From Octopus vulgaris (Eukaryota): a DNA stretch of 64,000 nt. The notes under the pieces are model-generated. The model did no database searches and was not told where the DNA came from. It saw only the letters and a list, made by a program, of their open reading frames with translations. The position numbers were made by a program, and so were the translations under genes. Below are positions 59,437-64,000 of the stretch, one piece after another. Each line of letters starts with the position of its first letter. The first letter of the stretch is position 1. Where the stretch lies: contig OX597814.1 of assembly GCA_951406725.2 (NCBI GenBank), forward strand, positions 63,488,001 to 63,552,000, written 5' to 3'.

Positions 59437-60924
59437 ATGAAAGATGATATTTCGGAATTTTGTAGGAAACTAAGACTTACCGAGGAATTTCATGGCAAAC
59501 AAATAGATAATGAATTAATAGCTAGAAACAACAGCAATTACACCCCTACCAAGGGAAAGAATAAAGCCTTAGACCGCTATTGTGACTACATAACTAATTT
59601 CTCTTTTCAATTCACCAAGAAACAAAAACACAGCCCAAACTTTAACAAAAGAGAATGGAACGACCTCATCAAACTAAGAGAAGACAAAACAATAACAATC
59701 AAGGAGGCAGATAAGGGCAACGCGGTAGTATTAATGAATACAAACGATTATAAAAATTTAGTGCTATCCCTATTAAGAGATGAAACGTATTATGAAAGGG
59801 CCCAACAGTATAATCAGCAAAAAATTATGTATGACCTCAGGACATTAATCAACACATACCGAGAAGGACTCACGGACAAGGAATATGAATACATGACTAA
59901 CTTCAAGTGCAAATCGAGTTTGTTCTACGGTATCCCTAAAGTACACAAAAGCCAAATTATTAGTGAAACATGCAAAACATCTACCGATATACTCATCAAA
60001 ATCCCTTCACCAAATGATCTTAAACTTAGACCGATAATAGCAGGGCCAGCATGTGAAACTCACCGCCTCAGCAATTTCTTAGACACACTTCTTAAACCTT
60101 TCCTAAAACACATCAAAAGCTACGTAAGAGACGATATAGACATGCTCAACCACCTCCCTAAAACAGTCAATGAGAAAACCCTTCTAGTATCCTTCGACGT
60201 AGTTAACCTTTATTCTAACATCCCTCACACCCTAGGAATAGAAGCGATCACCTTCTGGCTGAATAACTACTCCTTTGAACGCCCAACTCGTATAAACAAA
60301 GATCTTATAATAGAAGGACTTAGATTTATTTTAGAAAACAATTACTTTATTTTTGACAATAATTTCTACAGACAAAGATCGGAAACAGCGATGGGCACGC
60401 GTACTGCGCCTTCTTTTGCCAAGCTAGTGATGGGATACCTCGAGAAAATACTCTACCAGATAACACTCGAGAAATATGGAAACACCTTCTCCACCTATAT
60501 CCAGAACAACTGGAAAAGATACCTCGACGATTGTTTTATCCTCTCGGATAAAAGTATAGAGAAACTTGAGGAATTTAAAATACTATTAAATGGAATAAAT
60601 GATAATATACAATTCACGATGGATCATAACGAAGAAGAATTACCATTTTTAGACATCCTCATTAAGAAAACCGGCAACAAAATAGAGACAGATATCTATT
60701 ATAAACCGACAGACTCCAAACAGTACCTACCCTTTGATTCATGCCACCCACGACACACTAGAATAAATGTCCCTTTTTGTTTAGCTAGAAGGATTTGCAC
60801 CATAATATCAGACACAAACACCCGACACACACGTCTCCAGGAACTTAGAACCACACTCATAAATAGAAACTATCCACAGCCCCATGTGGAAGGCCCAACT
60901 GCGGAATCTGTGTCATCTTGGTAG
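59437..60924 (+). CDS. Penelope-like reverse transcriptase (C-terminal deletion/frameshift)
   Basis: KGLKFTPTP upstream, ITIKEADKGNAVVLM, FYGIPKVHK, LRPII, SFDVVNLYSNI, TAMGT, RYLDDCF, LPFLDIL, YYKPT. Confidence 0.85.
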   Translation: MKDDISEFCRKLRLTEEFHGKQIDNELIARNNSNYTPTKGKNKALDRYCDYITNFSFQFTKKQKHSPNFNKREWNDLIKLREDKTITIKEADKGNAVVLMNTNDYKNLVLSLLRDETYYERAQQYNQQKIMYDLRTLINTYREGLTDKEYEYMTNFKCKSSLFYGIPKVHKSQIISETCKTSTDILIKIPSPNDLKLRPIIAGPACETHRLSNFLDTLLKPFLKHIKSYVRDDIDMLNHLPKTVNEKTLLVSFDVVNLYSNIPHTLGIEAITFWLNNYSFERPTRINKDLIIEGLRFILENNYFIFDNNFYRQRSETAMGTRTAPSFAKLVMGYLEKILYQITLEKYGNTFSTYIQNNWKRYLDDCFILSDKSIEKLEEFKILLNGINDNIQFTMDHNEEELPFLDILIKKTGNKIETDIYYKPTDSKQYLPFDSCHPRHTRINVPFCLARRICTIISDTNTRHTRLQELRTTLINRNYPQPHVEGPTAESVSSW

Positions 60925-61292
60925 AAGGTTCAGAATTTATATTAGAACAAGGCCATCAGTTCACCATTAGAACAAACTTCACCTGTGCATCAGAAAACTT
61001 AATTTCCGTCTTAACATGCGCAGGCTGCAATAGGCAGTATATAGGCCATACAACAAATAGCTTACGTAAAAGGATGGCGGTGCATAAATCACAAATTAGA
61101 AACCCTGAATACCGGAAAATACCGGTCAGCGGACACATAGATAGATGTGCTGCAAATGAAAATCCGAAATTTACAACTTACCCACTTTACAAATTCAGTG
61201 ACAGCGTAACCTTCACTCAACTCCAAAATAAAGAACTTTATTTCATCAAAAAATTTAGACCAAGTTTGAACACCCTGGGCCAGGAATATTAA
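60882..61292 (+). CDS. GIY-YIG endonuclease of the same element (out of frame with RT)
   Basis: PCGRPNCGIC linker finger; NLISVLTCAGCNRQYIGHT...H...H...ELYFIKKFRPSLN. Confidence 0.8.
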   Translation, partial: PCGRPNCGICVILVEGSEFILEQGHQFTIRTNFTCASENLISVLTCAGCNRQYIGHTTNSLRKRMAVHKSQIRNPEYRKIPVSGHIDRCAANENPKFTTYPLYKFSDSVTFTQLQNKELYFIKKFRPSLNTLGQEY

Positions 61293-62245
61293 AACAAAAC
61301 ATTGCTCTTCCGAAAAAGAAAAATGAAATTCTACCACAACCACTACGACTGCTCCCACTAGCACTACTACTACAACCACCGTGGTCACTAATATTGCTAC
61401 TACGATCAACAGCCCCCTACTGCTACTACTGCTGCTACGGTCACTGTGAGAGAATTAAAATAGTGGAGGTGAGGGGAATTACAATTTCTCAGATCCTTAA
61501 ACAGTCACTCCCGCTGGCAGTGGTATGTCTTAGGGAAAGATGAATTTATAAAAAGATTTTTTGTCTGCGAGCAGATCTGATTTTGATTCGTTAAAAAATT
61601 GATGACGTTTTTCTTCCGTGGTCAAACTTGTCGTTCTGCTTCGTTGGCCACCTTACAGGATACAGTTATGGGTCAGATCTGATTTTGATTCGTTAAAAAA
61701 TTGATGACGTTTTTCTTCCGTGGTCAAGCTTGTCGTCCTGCTTGGTTGGTTTCCTAAAAGGATACGGTTATGGGTCTTTTCCTTATATTCGTTGAAGTTT
61801 GATTTTGATTGGTTTGGAATTAAGTGACGTCAGTGAACAGTGCCAGAGAACCGACCACTGTTGCTACCACGATCAACAGCCCTTTACTACGGCTACTGCT
61901 GCTGTCACAGCCACAGCTTAGCTGATATAACCCCAACCACCACCGAGGTTACCAAAATTACGACCAACAGACGCCGACCAAGAATCACTACTGTTGCTTC
62001 CATTGGAACACAAGGTAACACAAAAGCGGTTCCATTTGATACCAGCAAGAAATCTATAATGAACTTCTCCACTACACTCGACAAAACAGTAAGGAACGAC
62101 TATGGATTTTTTCTATTATACTCTTTATAATATATTTGATAAGGTTCGTCTTTTCAAGAACATGGATTCTATTGAATGTATGTAACATGGATTCAATTGA
62201 ATGTATGTAACAATTATGAACTGTTCCATTATACTTTTTATAATA

Positions 62246-62294
62246 AATTTTTTTGATAAGGTTCGTTTTTTCAAGAACCGAAACATGTAAAATT
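62246..62294 (+). ncRNA. Minimal type I hammerhead ribozyme, U3-A8 core, at the Penelope 3' terminus
   Basis: AATTTTT-TTGATAA-GGTTC(GTTTTTTCAA)GAACC-GAAA-CATG-TA-AAATT; partial upstream copy at 62135-62161. Confidence 0.75.
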
Positions 62295-62344
62295 GAAATT
62301 TATCTAATATAGTGGCGTTTTCAAACTTCTTTTTTACAAATATA

Positions 62345-62443
<99 letters not shown>

Positions 62444-62567
62444 TAAAGGCGTGATCTAGAGATGTATATATTACATGAGAGTATCTGTGAATGTATGTGT
62501 GCTTGTGTGTGACTCGCCTTTTATCTCTCTACTTGAATGTTTAATTTTATTATTTGTCTTCCTGTAA

Positions 62568-63195
62568 ACACTTGTTTGTCTTAATATTAACTCTCAATCT
62601 GGCCATGTCTATATATCATTACTTTGCATCATTTAAAATACTGGTTTGACAGACAGGGTGTCTAAACTTTGCACGTTCGTTTCGACCTGCTAGAAATAGA
62701 AACCGAGTCTCCCTGGTACAAATCGCCGTTCTGTATCTCTTAATATTTTCACCATTGTAGAACTGATACCTGCGGTTTTGTCTGTTTCGTACGCTGCATT
62801 TGTCATACTATTCTCTTTTCATATCTTTCTCTGTAATAGGCTCTGAATTGCAGGTTTTGACTTTGAGGACTCATAACACTTACATTAGCGAGAACCAAAG
62901 CCTGAAGATATGAGATTCGATGTCAAGTATTAGTAATGCATTTAATCATTCTTCTAATGAGACAATAATCTTTAATGGACTTGAAATTATTAAAAGAATT
63001 CTTCCCTCTGTTCTATCAGCTGATACATTTGTCTTAGCGATTTGTACCAGGGAGACTCGGTTTCTATTTCTAGCAGGTCGAAACGAACGTGCAAAGTTTA
63101 GACACCCTGTCTGTCAAACCAGTATTTTAAATGATGCAAAGTAATGATATATAGACATGGCCAGATTGAGAGTTAATATTAAGACAAACAAGTGT
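62568..63195. repeat. Perfect 159-bp inverted repeat with 310-bp spacer
   Basis: 62568-62726 is the exact reverse complement of 63037-63195. Confidence 0.92.
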
Positions 63196-63372
63196 ATTGT
63201 AGCACATACCTTTACAGGAAGACATAAATAATAAAATTGGCTGGCTGGTTAATCTTTTTTGTGGATTTCCTTTCCACTCACAGACTTTTACTGCCAATAA
63301 GCCTCTTTCTGAACCACTCATTCATATTTAATCTCTGTATCGTTCTATCTTTACTATAGACATTGAACACTG

Positions 63373-63810
63373 TGAGCTGGCTGAATCGTTAGCACACTGG
63401 TAAAAATGCTTAGCGGCTTTTTACCCGTCTTTACGCTCTGAGTTTCAATTCCTCAGATTTAAACTTTACGTTTGATCCTTCGTGGTCGATCAAATATATA
63501 CTAGTTAAGCACTGGAATAGATTTAATTGACCTATCTCTCTCCTGAACTTGTGAGTTAGTGCCAAAATTTGAATGTATTATGATAGACAGTGAATACGGC
63601 GAGCCGATATTAATCGTTCTTGCTCTGGACAAAATGCTCACAGACATTTCATCAGGCTTTATTCTCGAATTAAAATATCGCTGTGATCGATTTTGTCCTT
63701 CATCTTTTCTGGCTCGACAAAATAAGTCTCAGTTAAACACTGGGATCAATGTAATCGACTTATACACTTCTCTAAAATTACTCGACTTATACTACAATTT
63801 GAAACCATTA
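63373..63810 (+). mobile_element. Two degenerate tRNA-derived SINE copies (GAGCTGGC.GAATCGTTAGC family)
   Basis: Same body as 47570-47780. Confidence 0.65.
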
Positions 63811-64000
63811 CTGTAGAAATTTAATATGAATGATACAATTTTGAGTAGATAATAATCTTCATTTAATATTAAAGTTGTTAGTGACGTTTAATTTTCCTCT
63901 GTCTATTCTTCCAAAACCTTGGCTCATTGCCGTGAATTGTTTAACTATTCCCATAGTAAGCACAGAAATGCTATTTGCAGACCAAAAGAAATTATATTTG

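Larger units (their letters stand above)
58941..62340 (+). mobile_element. Penelope-like element (Neptune-type) inserted in (TA)n
   Basis: RT and GIY-YIG ORFs and a terminal hammerhead; the empty (TA)n site is visible in duplication copy 1 (49293-49340). Confidence 0.92.
55936..62464 (+). repeat. Local duplication, copy 2, expanded by insertions
   Basis: Matches 47002-49364 apart from extra segments 56178-56586, 56972-57155, ~58357-58425, ~58630-58805 and 58941-62340. Confidence 0.88.

Overview
Eukaryotic, AT-rich and microsatellite-saturated genomic DNA. The SINE families, (AAT)n/(TA)n/(CATA)n arrays and TE content point to a coleoid cephalopod, most likely Octopus; this is inferred from repeat recognition, not a database hit. 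One host gene is supported: an SLC23/nucleobase-ascorbate transporter (NAT) on the minus strand. It has six spliced coding exons (17704-17552, 14680-14523, 11717-11620, 4349-4261, 2775-2594, 843-735; 263 codons, phases consistent) and continues past the left edge. The rest is transposon-derived: two large and several small Penelope-like elements (RT + GIY-YIG), a deleted Gypsy LTR element with TSD, non-autonomous Helitrons, L1/Tx1 and RLE-type (R4/Dong-like) LINE remnants, tRNA-derived SINEs, a local duplication, and perfect inverted repeats. The most interesting signal is a set of about 8-10 minimal type I hammerhead-ribozyme motifs at Penelope termini, most embedded in (TA)n. They show three different 3-8 core pairs (C3-G8, U3-A8, G3-C8) and family-specific palindromic helix III sequences. 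Nearly all other listed ORFs are microsatellite or antisense artefacts.
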